Source: the human T2T-CHM13v2.0 reference genome, Homo sapiens. Taken from it: a stretch of 64,000 nt of DNA. The stretch is from the NCBI RefSeq assembly GCF_009914755.1, contig NC_060933.1; one strand, written 5' to 3'. The first letter of the stretch is position 1, and each line of letters opens with the position of its first letter. The translations under genes and the position numbers were made by a program. This document shows positions 28,401 to 43,090 of the stretch, piece by piece. The notes under the pieces are model-generated. The model did no database searches, was not told the origin of the DNA, and was given only the letters and a program-made list of their open reading frames with translations.

Positions 28401-31400
28401 TCCATTCCATTCAATTGCATTCCGTTCCATTCCATTCCATTACATTCGGATTGATTCTATTCAACTCCCTTACTCTCCATTACATTCCATTCCATTCGGG
28501 TTGTTCCATTCCATTCCATTCCATTCCACTCCATTCCATTGCACTCGGGTTGATTCCATTCCATTCCATTCCATTCCATTCCATTCCATTCCATTCCATT
28601 CCATTGCATTCCATTCCATTGCATTCCATTCCATTCCATTCCATTCCCCTGCACTCGCGTTGATTCCATTCCATTCCATTCCATTCTATTCCATTGCATT
28701 CCATTCCATTCCATTCCATTCCATTCCTTTCCGTTCCATTCCATTCCATTCCATTCCATTCCAATCCATTCCATTCCGTTCCGTTCCGTTCCATTCTTTC
28801 CATTCCATTCTATTTGGTTTAATTCCATTCCATTCCATTCGATTGCAATCGAGTTGATTCCATTCCATTCCATTCCATTCCATTCCATTCCATTCCTTTC
28901 CATTCCATTACGGATGATTCCATTCCATTGCATTCCATTCCATTCCATTCCCCTGTACTCGGGTTGATTCCATTCCATTCCATTCCAATCCATGCCATTC
29001 CACTCGTGTTGATTCCATTCTTTCCATTCCATTCAAGTTGAACCCATTCCATTGCATTCCATTCCATTCCATTCCCCTGCAGTCTGGTTGTTTCCATTCC
29101 ATTCCATTCCATTCCGTTCCGTTCCATTCCATTCCATTCCATTCTATTCGGGTTAATTCCATTCCATTCCATTCCATTCCATTCCGTTCCATTCCATTCC
29201 ATTCCATTCTATTCGGGTTAATTCCATTCCATTCCATTCCATTCCATTGCATTCCAATCGAGTTGATTCCATTCCATTCCATTCCATTCCACTCCATTCC
29301 AGTCCTTTCCATTCCATTCCACTCGGGTTGATTCCAATGTATTCCTTTCCATTCCATTCCATTCCATTGCAATCGAGTTGATTCCATTGCTTTGCATTCC
29401 ATTCCATTCCATTCCATTCCATTCCGGATGATTCCATTCCATTGCATTCCATTCCATTCCATTCCCCAGCACTCGGGTTGATTCCATTCCATTCCATTCC
29501 ATTCCATTCCATTCCATTCCATTTCGTTCCATTCCATTCTATTCCGTATCATTCCATTCCATTCCATTCCATTCCATTCCATTCCATTCCATTGTACTCG
29601 GGTTGATTCAATTCCATTGCATTCCATTCCATTCCATTCCATTCCATTCCGTTGCATTCCATTCCATTACTTTCGGATTCATTCTATTCAACTCCCTTAC
29701 TCTCCATTACATTCCATTCCATTCTGGTTGTTCCATTCCATTCCATTCCATTCCACTCCATTCCATTGCACTCGGGTTGATTCCATTCCATTCCATTCCA
29801 TTCCATTCCATTCCGGATGATTCCATTCCATTGCATTCCTTTCCATTACATTCCCCTGCACTCGCGTTGATTCCATTGCATTCCATTCCATTACATTCAA
29901 TTCCATTCCATTTCAATTCGTTCCATTCCATTCTATTCCGTACCATTCCATTCCATTCCATACAATTCCATTCCATTCCATTCCATTCCATTCCGTTCCA
30001 TTCCGTTCCATTGCATTCCATTCCATTCTATTCGGATTAATTCCATTCCATTCCATTCCATTACAATCGAGTTGATTCCTTTCCATTCCATTCCATTCCA
30101 GTCTTTTCCATTCCATTCCTCTCGGGTTGATTCCATTCTATTAGTTTCCATTCCATTCCATTCCCTTCTATTCCACTCTGGTTGATTCCATTCCTTTCCA
30201 TTCCACTCGAATACATTCCCTCCTATTCCACTCGGAACGATTCCATTCCATTCCATTCCATTCCATTCCATTCCATTCCATTCCATTCCATTCCATTTCG
30301 TTCCATTGCATTCTATTCTGTATCATTCCATTCCATTCCATTCCCTTCCATTCCATTCCATTCCATTCCATTCCATTGTACTCGGGTTGATTCAATTCCA
30401 TTGCATTCCATTCCATTCCATTCCATTCCGGAAGATTCCATTCCATTGCATTCCATTCTAATCCATTCCCCTGCACTCGAGTTGATTCCATTCCATTCCA
30501 TTCCATTCCATTCCATTACGTTCCGTTCCATTCCATTCCATTCCATTCTATTCGGGTTAATTCCATTCCATTCCATTCGATTGCAATCGAGTTGATTCCA
30601 TTCCATTCCATTCCATTGCATTCCATTCCATTCCTTTCCATTCCATTACGGATGATTCCATTCCATTGCATTCCATTGCATTCCATTCCCCTGTACTCGG
30701 GTTGATTCCATTCCATTCCATTCCAATCCATGCCATTCCATTCCAGTCCTTTCCATTCCTTTCCATTCCATTACTGATGATTCCATTCCATTGCATTCCA
30801 TTCCATTCCATTCCCCTGTACTCGGGTTGATTCCATTCCATTCCATTCCAATCCATGCCATTCCACTCGTGTTGATTCCATTCTTTCCTTTCCATTCAAG
30901 TTGAATCCATTCCATTTCATTCCATTCCTTTCGATTCCATTCGATTGCACTCGGGTTGATTCCATTCCATTGCATTCCATTCCATTCCATTCCATTCCAT
31001 TCCATTCCAATCAAGTTGATTCCATTCCATTCCATTCCATTACATTCCATTCCATTCCACTCCATTCCAGTCCTTTCCATTCCATTCCCCTCGGGTTGAT
31101 TCCAATGTATTCCTTTCCATTCCATTCCATTCCATTGCAATCGAGCTGATTCCATTGCTTTGCATTCCATTCCATTCCATTCCATTCCGGATGATTCCAT
31201 TCCATTGCATTCCATTCCATTCCATTCCCCTGCACTCGGGTTGATTCCATTCCATTCCATTCCATTCGATTCCATTCCATTCCATTCCATTCCATTCCAT
31301 TCCATTCCATTCCATTCCATTCCATGCCATTCCACTCGGGTTGATTCCATTCCTTTCCATTCCATTCGGGTTGAATCCATTCCACTCCATTCCATTCCAT

Positions 31401-34400
31401 TCGAATCCATTCCATTGCACTCGGGTTGATTCCATTGCATTCCATTCCATTCGATTCCATTCCATTCCATTCCATTCCGTTCCATTCTATTTCATTACAT
31501 TCAGATTCATTCTATTCAATTCCCTTACACTCCACTTTATTCCAATCCATTCTGGTTGTTTCCATTCCATTCCATTCCATTTCACTCCATTCCATTGCAC
31601 TCGGTTTGATTCCATTCCATTCCATTCCATTCCATTCCGGATGATTCCATTCCATTGCATTCCATTCCATTCCATTCCCCTGCACTCAGGTTGATTCCAT
31701 TCCATTCCATTCCACTCCATTCGGTTCCGTTCCATTCCATTCTATTGCATTCCATTCTATTCGGGTTAATTCCATTCCATTCTATTCCATTCCATTCCAT
31801 TCCATTCCATTGCAATGGAGTTGATTCCATTCCATTCCATTCCATTCCGGATGATTCCATTCCATTGCATTCCATTCCATTCCATTCCATTACCCTGCAC
31901 TCGTGTTGATTCCATTACCTTCCATTCCATTCCATTCCGTTCCATTCCATTGCATTCCATTCTATTCCGGTTAATTCCATTCCATTCCATTCCATTCCAT
32001 TCCATTCCATTCCATTCCATTCCATTCCATTGCAATCGAGTTGATTCCATTCCATTCCTTTCCATTCCATTCCATTGCCTTGCATTCCAATCGGGTTGAT
32101 TCCATTCCCTTCTTTCCACTCCATTACATTCCCTTCCATTCCACTCGGAATGATTGATTCCATTCCATTGCATTCCATTCCATTCCATTCCATTCCATTC
32201 CATTCCATTCCATTACGTTCCATTCCATTACATTCGGATGGATTCTATTCAACTCCCTTACTCTCCATTACATTCCATTCCATTCGGGTTGTTCCATTCC
32301 ATTTCATTCCGTTCCACTCCATTCCATTGCACTCAGGTTGATTCCATTCCATTCCATTCCATTCCATTCCATTCCATTCCATTCCATTCCGTATGATTCC
32401 ATTCCATTGCATTCCGTTCCATTACATTCCCCTGCACTCGGGTTGATTCCATTCCATTCCATTCCATTCGATTCCATTCCATTCCAATTCTTTCCATTCC
32501 ATTCTATTCCGTACCATGCCATTCCATTCCATACAATTCCATTCCATTCCACTCCCTTCTGTTCTGTTCCATTCCGTTCCGTTCCATTCCATTCCATTCC
32601 ATTCTATTCGGTTTAATTCCATTCCATTCCATTCCATTCTATTCCATTCAATTGCAATCGAGTTGAATCCATTGCATTCCATTCCATTCCATTCCATTCC
32701 ATTCCATTCCATTCCATTCCGGAAGATTCCATTCCATTGCATTCCATTCCATTCCATTCCATTCCATTCCATTCCATTCCATTCCATTCCATTGTACTCG
32801 GGTTGATTCCATTCCATTGCATTCCATTGCATTCCATTCCATTCCATTCCATTCCATTCCATTCCATTCCATTCCATTCCATTCCAATGCAATCGAGTTG
32901 ATTCCATTCCATTCCTTTCCATTCCATTCCATTGCCTTGCATTCCAATCGGGTTGATTCCATTACCTTCTTTCCACTCCATTACTTTCCCTTCCATTCCA
33001 CTCGGAATGATTGATTACATTCCATTCCATTCCATTTCATTCCGTTGCAATCGATTCCAATCCATTCCATTCCATTCCATTGCACTCGAGTTGATTTCAT
33101 TCCATTCCTTTCCATTCCATTCCATTCCTTTCCACTCGAGTTGATTCCATTCCCTTCCATTCCATTGCATTCCATTCCTTGCCATTCCACTCGGGTTGAT
33201 TCCATTCCTTTGCATTCCATTCCATTACATTCCATTCCATTCCATTCCATTCCATTCCGTTGCATTCCATTCCATTACTTTCGGATTGATTCTATTCAAC
33301 TCCCTTACTCTCCATTACATTCCATTCCATTCGGGTTGTTCAATTCCATTCCATTCCATTCCACTCCATTCCATTGCACTCGGGTTGATTCCATTCCATT
33401 CCATTCCATTCCATTCCATTCCGGATGATTCCATTCCATTGCATTCCGTTCCATTACATTCCCCTGCACTCGCGTTGATTCCATTCCATTCCATTCAATT
33501 CCATTCCATTACAATTCGTTCCATTCCATTCTATTCCGTACCATTCCATTCCATTCCATACCATTCCATTCCATTCCATTCCATTCCGTTCCATTCCGTT
33601 CCATTCCATTCCATTCCATTCTATTCGGGTTAATTCCATTCCATTCCATTCCATTCCATTCCATTCCATTCCGGAAGATTCCATTCCATTGCATTCCATT
33701 CCATTCCATTCCCCTGCACTCGCGTTGATTCGATTCCATTCCATTCCATTCCATTCCATTCCATTCCGTTCCGTTCCGTTCCGTTCCATTCCATTCCATT
33801 CCATTCCATTCCATTCCGTTCCGTTCCATTCCATTCCATTCCATTCTATTCGGGTTAATTCCATTCCATTCCATTCGATTGCAATCGTGTTGATTCCATT
33901 CCATTCCATTCCATTCCATTCCATTCCATTCCATTCCTTTCCATTCCATTACGGATGATTCCATTCCATTGCATTCCATTCCATTCCATTCCCCTGTACT
34001 CGGGTTGATTCCATTCCATTGCATTCCAATCCATGCCCTTCCACTCGTGTTGATTCCATTCTTTCCATTCTATTCAAGTTGAATCCATTCCATTGCATTC
34101 CATTCTATTCGATTCCATTCGATTGCACTCGGGTTGATTCCATTCCATTGCATCCCATTCCATTCCATTCAATTCCATTCCGTTCCATTCCATTCCATTA
34201 CATTCGGATTGATTCTATTCAACTCCCTTAGTCTCCATTACATTCCATTCCATTCGGGTTGTTCCATTCCATTCCATTCCATTCCACTCCATTCCATTGC
34301 CCTCAGGTTTATTCCATTCCATTCCATTCCATTCCATTCAATTCCATTCCATTCCGGAAGATTCCATTCCATTGCATTCCATTCCATTCCATTCCCCTGC

Positions 34401-37400
34401 ACTCGCGTTGATTCCATTCCATTCCATTCCATTTCATTCCAATCAAGTTGATTCCTTTCCATTCCATTCCATTCCATTCCACTCCATTTCAGTCCTTTCC
34501 ATTCCTTTCCACTCGGGTTGATTCCAATGTATTCCTTTCCATTCCATTCCATTCCATTGCAATCGAGTTGATTCCATTGCTTTGCATTCCATTCCATTCC
34601 ATTCCATTCCGGATGATTCCTTTCCATTGCATTCCATTCCATTCCATTCCCCTGCACTCGGGTTCATTCCATTCCATTCCACTCCATTCCGTTCCATTCC
34701 ATTCCATTGCATTGTATTCGGGTTAATTCCATTCCATTCCATTCCATTCCATTCCATTCCGTTCCATTACAATCGAGTTGATTCCATTCCATTCCATTCC
34801 ATTCCATTCCATTCCTTTCCATTCCATTACGGATGATTCCATTCCATTGCATTCCATTCCATTCCATTCCCCTGTACTCGGGTTGATTCCATTCCATTCC
34901 ATTCCAATCCATGCCATTCCACTCGTGTTGAGTCCATTCTTTCCATTCCATTCAAGTTGAATCCATTCCATTGCATTCCATTCCATTCGATTCCATTCGA
35001 TTGCACTCGGGTTGATTCAATTCCATTGCATTCCATTCCATTACATTCCATTCCATTCCATTCCATTCCGTTCCATTCCATTCCATTACATTCGGATTCA
35101 TTCTATTCAATTCCCTTACACTCCATTACATTCAATTCCATTCCATTCGGGTAGTTTCCATTCCATTCCATTCCATTCCTCTCCATTCCATTGCACTCGG
35201 GTTGATTCCATTCCATTGCATTCCATTCCATTCCATTCAATTCCATTCCGTTGCATTCCATTCCATTACATTCGGATTGATTCTATTCAACTCCCTTACT
35301 CTCCATTACATTCCACTCCATTCGGGTTGTTCCATTGCATTCCATTCCATTCCACTCCATTCCATTGCACTCGGGTTAATTCCATTCCATTCCATTCCAT
35401 TCCATTCCATTCCATTCCATTCCGGAAGATTCCATTCCATTGCATTCCATTCCATTCCATTCCCCTGCACTCGCGTTGATTCCATTCCATTCCATTCTAT
35501 TCCATTCCATTCCCTTCCTTTCCGTTCCATTCCATTCCATTCCATTCCATTCCATTCCATTCCATTCTATTCGGTTTAATTCCATTCCATTCCATTCCAT
35601 TCCATTCCATTCCATTCCATTCCATTCTATTCGGTTTAATTCCATTCCATTCCATTCCATTCCATTCTATTCCATTCCATGGCAATCGAGATGAATGCAT
35701 TGCATTCCATTCCATTCCATTCCATTCCATTCCATTCCATTCCGGAAGTTTCCATTCCATTGCATTCCATTCCATTCCATTCCATTCCATTCCATTCCAT
35801 TCCATTCCATTGTACTCGTGTTGCTTCCATTACATTGCATTCCATTCCATTCCATTCCATTCCATTCCATTCCATTCCATTCCGTTCCATTCCATTCCAT
35901 TACATTCGGATTGATTCTTTTCAACTCCCTTAATCTCCATTACATTCCATTCCATTCGGGTTGTTCCATTCCATTCCATTCCATTCCACTCCATTCCATT
36001 GCACTCGGGTTGATTCCATTCCATTCCATTCCTTTCCATTCCGGATGAATCCCTTCCATTGCATTCCGTTTCATTACATTCCCCTGCACTCGGGTTGAAT
36101 CCATTCCATTCCATTCCATTCCATTCGATTCCATTCCATTCCCCTGCACTCGCGTTGATTCCATTCCATTCCATTCCATTCCATTCCATTCCATTCCATT
36201 CCATTCCTTTCCATTCCAGTCCTTTCTATTCCATTCCACTCGGGTTGATTCCATTCTATTATTTTCCATTCCATTCCATTCCCTTCCATTCCACTCTGGT
36301 TGATTCCATTCCTTTCCATTCCACTCGAATACATTCCCTCCTATTCCACTCGGAACGATTCCATTGCATTCCATTCCATTCTATTCCATTCCATTCCATT
36401 CCATTCCATTCCTTTTCATTCCAGTCCTTTCCATTCCATTCCACTCGGGTTGATTCCATTCTATTAGTTTCCATTCCATTCCATTCCCTTCCATTCCACT
36501 CTGGTTGATTCCATTCCATTCCATTCCATTCCATTCCATTCCATTCCATTCCATTCCATTCCATTCCATTCCATTTTGTTCCATTCCATTCTATTCCGTA
36601 TCATTCCATTCCATTCCATTCCATTCCATTCCATTCCATTCCATTCCATTCCATTTTGTTCCATTCCATTCTATTCCATACCATTCCATTCCATTCCATT
36701 CCTTTCCATTCCATTCCATTCCACTCGTGTTGATTCCATTCCTTTCCATTCCATTCGGTTTGAAGGCATTCCATTCCATTCCGTTCCATTCCATTCCATT
36801 CCATTCCATTCCATTCCATTTCATTGTACTCGGGTTGATTCCATTCCATTGCATTCCATTCCATTCCATTCCATTCCATTCCGTTGCATTCCATTCCATT
36901 ACATTCGGATTGATTCTATTCAACTCCCTTACTCTCCATTACATTCCATTCCATTCGGGTTGTTCCATTCCATTCCATTCCATTCCACTCCATTCCATTG
37001 CTCTCGGGTTGTTTCCATTCCATTCCATTCCATTCCATTCCATTACGGATGATTCCATTCCATTGCATTCCGTTCCATTACATTCCCCTAAACTCGCGTT
37101 GATTCCATTCCATTCCATTCAATTCCGTTCCATTACAATTCGTTCCATTCCATTCTATTCCATACCATTCCATTCCATTCCATATCATTCCATTGCATTC
37201 CATTCCATTCCATTCCGTTCCATTCCGTTCCATTCCATTCCATTCCATTCTATTCGCGTTAATTCCATTCCATTCCATTCCATTCCATTCCATTCCATTC
37301 TATTCCATTCCATTGCAATCGAGTTGAATCCATTGCATTTCATTCCATTCCATTCCATTCCGGAAGATTCCATTCCATTGCATTCCATTCCATTCCATTC

Positions 37401-40400
37401 CCCTGCACTCGCGTTGATTCCATTCCATTCCATTCCATTCCATTCCATTCCATTCCGTTCCGTTCCTTTCCGTTCCATTCCATTCCATTCCATTCCATTC
37501 CATTCCGTTCCGTTCCATTCCATTCCATTCCATTCTATTCGGGTTAATTCCATTCCATTCCATTCGATTGCAATCGAGTTGATTCCATTCCATTCCATTC
37601 CATTCCATTCCATTCCATTCCATTCCGGAAGATTCCATTCCATTGCATTCCATTCCATTCCATTCCCCTGCACTCACGTTGATTCCATTCCATTCCATTC
37701 CATTCCATTCCATTCCATTCCATTCCATTCCATTCCTTTCCGTTCCATTCCATTCCATTCCATTCCATTCCATTCCGTTCCGTTCCGTTCCATTCCATTC
37801 CATTCCATTCTATTCGGGTTAATTCCATTCCATTCCATTCGATTGCAATCGAGTTGATTCCATGCCATTCCATTCCATTCCATTCCATTCCATTCCATTC
37901 CATTCCATACCTTTCCATTCCATTACGGATGATTCCATTCCATTGCATTCCATTCCATTCCTTTCCCCTGTACTCGGGTTGATTCCATTCCATTCCATTC
38001 CAATCCATGGCATTCCACTCGTGTTGATTCCATTCTTTCCATTCCATTCAAGTTGAATCCATTCCATTGCTTTCCATTCCATTCCATTCCCCTGCAGTCG
38101 GGTTGATTCCATTCCATTCCATTCCATTCCATTCCATTTCATTCCGTTCCGTTCCGTTCCGTTCCATTCCATTCCATTCCATTCTATTCGGGTTAATTCC
38201 ATTCCATTCCATTCCATTCCAATCGAGTTGATTCTATTCCATTCCATTCCATTCCATTCCACTCCATTCCATTGCACTCGGGTTGATTCCATTCCATTCC
38301 ATTCCATTCCATTCCATTCCATTCCGGATGATTCCATTCCATTGCATTCCGTTCCATTACATTCCCCTGCACTCGGGTTGATTCCATTCCATTCCATTCC
38401 ATTCCATTCGATTCCATTCCATTCCAATTCATTCCATTCCATTCTATTCCGTACCATTCCATTCCATTCCATACAATTCCATTCCATTCCGTTCCACTCC
38501 GTTCCGTTCCGTTCAGTTCCATTCCGTTCCGTTCCATTCCATTCCGTTCCATTCTATTCGGTTTAATTCCATTCCATTCCATTCCATTCCATTCTATTCC
38601 ATTCCATTGGAATCGAGTTGAATCCATTGCATTCCATTCCATTCCATTCCATTCCATTCCTTTCCATTCCGGAAGATTCCATTCCATTGCATTCCATTCC
38701 ATTCCATTCCGTTCCATTCCATTCCATTCCATTCCATTCCATTGTACTCGGGTTGATTCCATTCCATTGCATTCCATTCCATTCCATTCCATTCCATTCC
38801 ATTCCTTTCCATTCCATTCCATTACATTCGGATTGATTCTTTTCAACTCCCTTACTCTACATTACATTCCATTCCATTCGGGTTGTTCCATTCCATTCCA
38901 TTCCATTCCACTCCATTCCATTGCACTCGGGTTGATTCCATTCCATTCCATTCCATTCCATTCCGGATGATTCCTTTCCATTGCATTCCGTTCCATTACA
39001 TTCCCCTGCACTCGGATTGATTCCATTCCTTTCCATTCCATTCGTGTTGAATCCATTCCATTCCATTCCATTACTTTCGATTCCATTCCATTGCACTCGG
39101 GTTGAACCCATTCCATTGGATTCCTTTCCATTCCATTGCATTCCATTCCGTTCCATTCCATTCCATTACATTCGTATTGATTCTATTCACTTCCCTTACA
39201 CTCCATTCCATTCCATTCCATTCGGGTTGTTTCCATTCCATTCCATTCCATTCCACTCCATTCCATTGCAATCAGGTTGATTCCATTCCATTCCATTGCA
39301 TTCCATTCCGTATGATTCCATTCCATTGCATTCCATTCCATTCCATTCCCCTGCACTCGGGTGGATTCCATTCTATTCCATTCCATTCCATTCCACTCTA
39401 TTCCATTCCATTCCATTCCATTCCATTCCATTCCATTCCATTCCATTCTATTCGGGTTAATTTCATTCCATTCCATTCCATTCCATTCCATTGCATTCCA
39501 TTCCATTCCATTGAAATCGAGTTGATTCCATTTCATTCCATTCCATTCCATTCCATTCCATTCCCTTCCATTCCATTCCATTCCATTCTATTAGGGTTAA
39601 TTCCATTCCATTCCATTCCATTACATTCCATTGCAATCGAGTTGATTCCATTCCATTCCATTCCATTCCATTCAATTCCGGATGATTGCATTCCATTGCC
39701 TTCCATTCCATTCCATTCCCCTGCACTCGGGTTGATTCCATTCCATTCCTTTCCATTCCATTCCATTCCATTCCATTTCGTTTCATTCCGTTCTATTCCG
39801 TACCATTCCATTCCATTCCATTCCATTTCATTCCATTCCATTCCATGCCATTCCACTCGGGTTGATTCCATTCCTTTCCATTCCATTCGACTTGAATCCA
39901 TTCCATTCCATTCCATTCCATTCGATTCCATTCCATTGCACACGGGTTCATTCCATTGCATTCCATTCCATTCCATTCCATTCCATTCCATTCCATTCCA
40001 CTCGGGATGATTCCATTCCTTTCCATTCCATTCGGGTTGAAACCATTCCATTCCATTCCATTCCTTTCGATTCCATTCCATTACACTCGGGTTGATCCCA
40101 TTCCATTGCATTGCATTCCATTCCATTGCATTCCATTCCGTTCCATTCCATTCCATTACATTCGTATTGATTCTATTCAATTCCCTTACACTCCATTACA
40201 TTCCATTCCATTCGGGTTGTTTCCATTCCATTCCATTCCATTCCACTCCATTCCATTGCAATCGGGTTGATTCCATTCCATTCTATTCCATTCCATTCCG
40301 TTCCATTCCATTCCATTCCTTTCCATTCTGTTCAGGTTAATTCCATTCCATTCCATTCCCTTCCATTCCATTCCATTCCATTCCATTCCATTCCATCCAA

Positions 40401-43078
40401 TTGCAATCGAGTTGATTCCATTGCATTCCATTCCATTCCATTCCATTCCATTGCATTCCATTCCATTCCATTCCCCTGCACTCAGATTGATTCCATTCCA
40501 TCCCATTCCATTCCATTCCGTTCCATTCCATTCCATTCCATTCTATTCCCGTTAATTCCATTCCATTCCATTACATTCCATTGCAATCGAGTTGATTCCA
40601 TTCCATTCCGTTCCATTCCATTCCATTCCATTCCATTTCGTTCCATTCCATTCTATTCCGTACCATTCCATTCCATTCCATTCCATTCCATTCCATTCCA
40701 TTTCATTCCATTCCATTCCATGCCATTCCACTCGGGTTGATTCCATTCCTTTCCATTCCATTCTAGTTGAATCCATTCCATTGCATTCCATTCCATTCGA
40801 TTCCATTCAATTGCACACGGGTTCATTCCATTCCATTCCATTCCATTCCATTTCGTTCCATTCCATTCTATTCCGTACCATTCCCTTCCATTCAATTCCA
40901 TTCCACTCTATTCCATGCCATTCCACTCGGGTTTATTCCATTCCCTTCCATTCCATTCGTGTTGAATCCATTCCATTCCATTCCATTCCATTCCATTCCA
41001 TTCCATTCCATTCCATGCCATTCCACTCGGGTTGATTCCATTCTTTTCCATTCCATTCGAGTTGAACCCATTCCATTCCATTCCATTCCATTCCATTCCA
41101 TTCCATTCCATTCCATTCCACTCGGGTTGATTCCATTCCTTTCCATTCCATTCGGGTTGAAACCATTCCATTCTATTCCATTCCTTTCGATTCCATTCCA
41201 TTTCACTCGGGTTGATCCCATTCCATTGCATTCCATTCCATTCCATTGCATTCCATTCCGTTCCATTCCATTCCATTACATTCGTATTGATTCTATTCAA
41301 TTCCCTTACTCTCCATTACATTCCATTCCATTCGGGTTGTTTCCATTCCATTCCATTCCATTCCACTCCATTCCATTGCAATCGGGTTGATTCCATTCCA
41401 TTCCATTGCATTCCATTCCATTTCATTCCATTCCATTCCATTCCATTCCATTCCGTATGATTCCATTCCATTGCATTCCATTCCATTCCATTCCACTGCA
41501 CTCGGTTGGATTCCATTCTATTCCATTCCATTCCATTCCATTCCATTCCATTCCATTCCACTCCATTCCATTCCATTCCATTCTATTCGGGTTAATTTCA
41601 TTCCATTCCCTTCCATTCCATTCCATTCCATTCCATTCCATTCCATTCCATTGAAATCGAGTTGATTCCATTCCATTCCATTCCATTCCATTCCATTCCA
41701 TTCTATTCGTGTTAATTCCATTCCATTCCATTCCATTCCATTCCATTCCATTCCATTCCATTCCATTCTATTAGGGTTAATTCCATTCCATTCCATTCCA
41801 TTCCATTCCATTCCATTCCACTCCATTCCATGCCATTCCACTCGGGTTTATTCCATTCCTTTCCATTCCATTCGGGTTGAGTCCATTCCATTCCATTCCA
41901 TTCCATTCCATTCCATTCCATTCCATTCCTTTCCATTGCTCACGGGTTCATTCCATTCCATTCCATTCCATTCCGTTCCATTCCATTCCATTTCGTTCCA
42001 TTCCATTCTATTCCGTACCATTCCATTCCATTCCATTCCCTTCCATGCCATTTCACTCGGGTTTATTCCATTCCTTTCCATTCCATTCGGGTTGAATCCA
42101 TTCCATTCCATTCCATTCCATTCCATTGCGCTCGGGTTGATTCCATTCCATTCTATGCCATTCCATTTCATTCCGTTCTATTCCATTCCATTCCTTTCCA
42201 TTCCTTTCCTTTCAATTCCATTCCATTACATTCGGATTGATTCTTTTTAATTCCCTTACACTCCATTACATTCCATTCCATTCGGGTACTTTCCATTCCA
42301 TTCCATTCCATTCCACTGCATTCTATTGCACTCGGGTTGATTGATTCCATTAGATTGCATTCCATTCCATTCCATTCCCCTGCACTCGGGTCGATCCCAT
42401 TCCATTGCATTCCATTCCATTCCGTTCCATTCCATTCCATTCCATTCCATTCTTTTCAGGTTAATTCCATTCCATTCCATTCCATTCCATTCCATTCCAT
42501 TCCATTCCATCCCATTGCAATCTAGTTGATTCCATTGCATTCCATTCCATTCCATTCCATTCCATTGCATTCCATTCCATTGCATTCCCCTGCACTCAGA
42601 TTGATTCCATTCCATCCCATTCCATTCCATTCCGTTCCATTACATTCCATTCCATTCTATTCGCGTTAATTCCATTCCATTCCATTCCATTACATTACAT
42701 TGCAATCGAGTTGATTCCATTCCATTCCGTTCCATTCCATTCCATTCCATTCCATTTCGTTCCATTCCATTCTATTCTGTACCATTCCATTCCATTCCAT
42801 TCCATTCCATTCCATTCCATGCCATTCCACTCGGGTTGATTCCATTGCTTTCCATTCCATTTGGGTTGAATCCAATCCATTCCATTCCATTCCATTCCAT
42901 TCCATTCCATTCCATTCCATTTCATTCCATTGCACTAGGTTTGATTCCATTCCGCTGCATTCCATTCCATTCCATTCCGTTCCATTCCATTCCATTACAT
43001 TCGGATTGATTGTATTCAATTCCCTTACACTCCAATACATTCCATTCCATTCGGGTTGTTTCCATTCCATTCCATTCC
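25485..43078 (-). repeat. HSat3 block 2, inverted (~17.6 kb; CATTC on +)
   Basis: Runs from attccgttccattgtactcgggttg (25485) to ...tccattcc (43078). All motifs appear as reverse complements, e.g. ACTCGGGTTG, AATCGAGTTG, CAACTCCCTTACTCTCC. Confidence 0.96.
27730..27744. promoter_or_regulatory. HSE-like motif (aTTCc gGAAg aTTCc), representative of inverted-block copies
   Basis: Other copies are at 30425, 32716, 33668, 34351, 35419, 35739, 37357, 37622 and 38666. Motif match only. Confidence 0.55.
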
Positions 43079-43090
43079 GTGTGCAATGGA
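43067..43090. other. Strand-switch (inversion) junction 2, divergent CATTC -> GGAAT
   Basis: ccattccattcc|gtgtgcaatgga is an abrupt switch. The bases cc(gt) can be read as belonging to either side. Confidence 0.95.

Noticed and set aside
25474-43090. Transposon or recombinase-controlled invertible element
   Set aside because: No terminal inverted repeats distinct from the satellite, no transposase or recombinase ORF, no poly-A tail, and only a 2-bp 'cc' shared at the ends.
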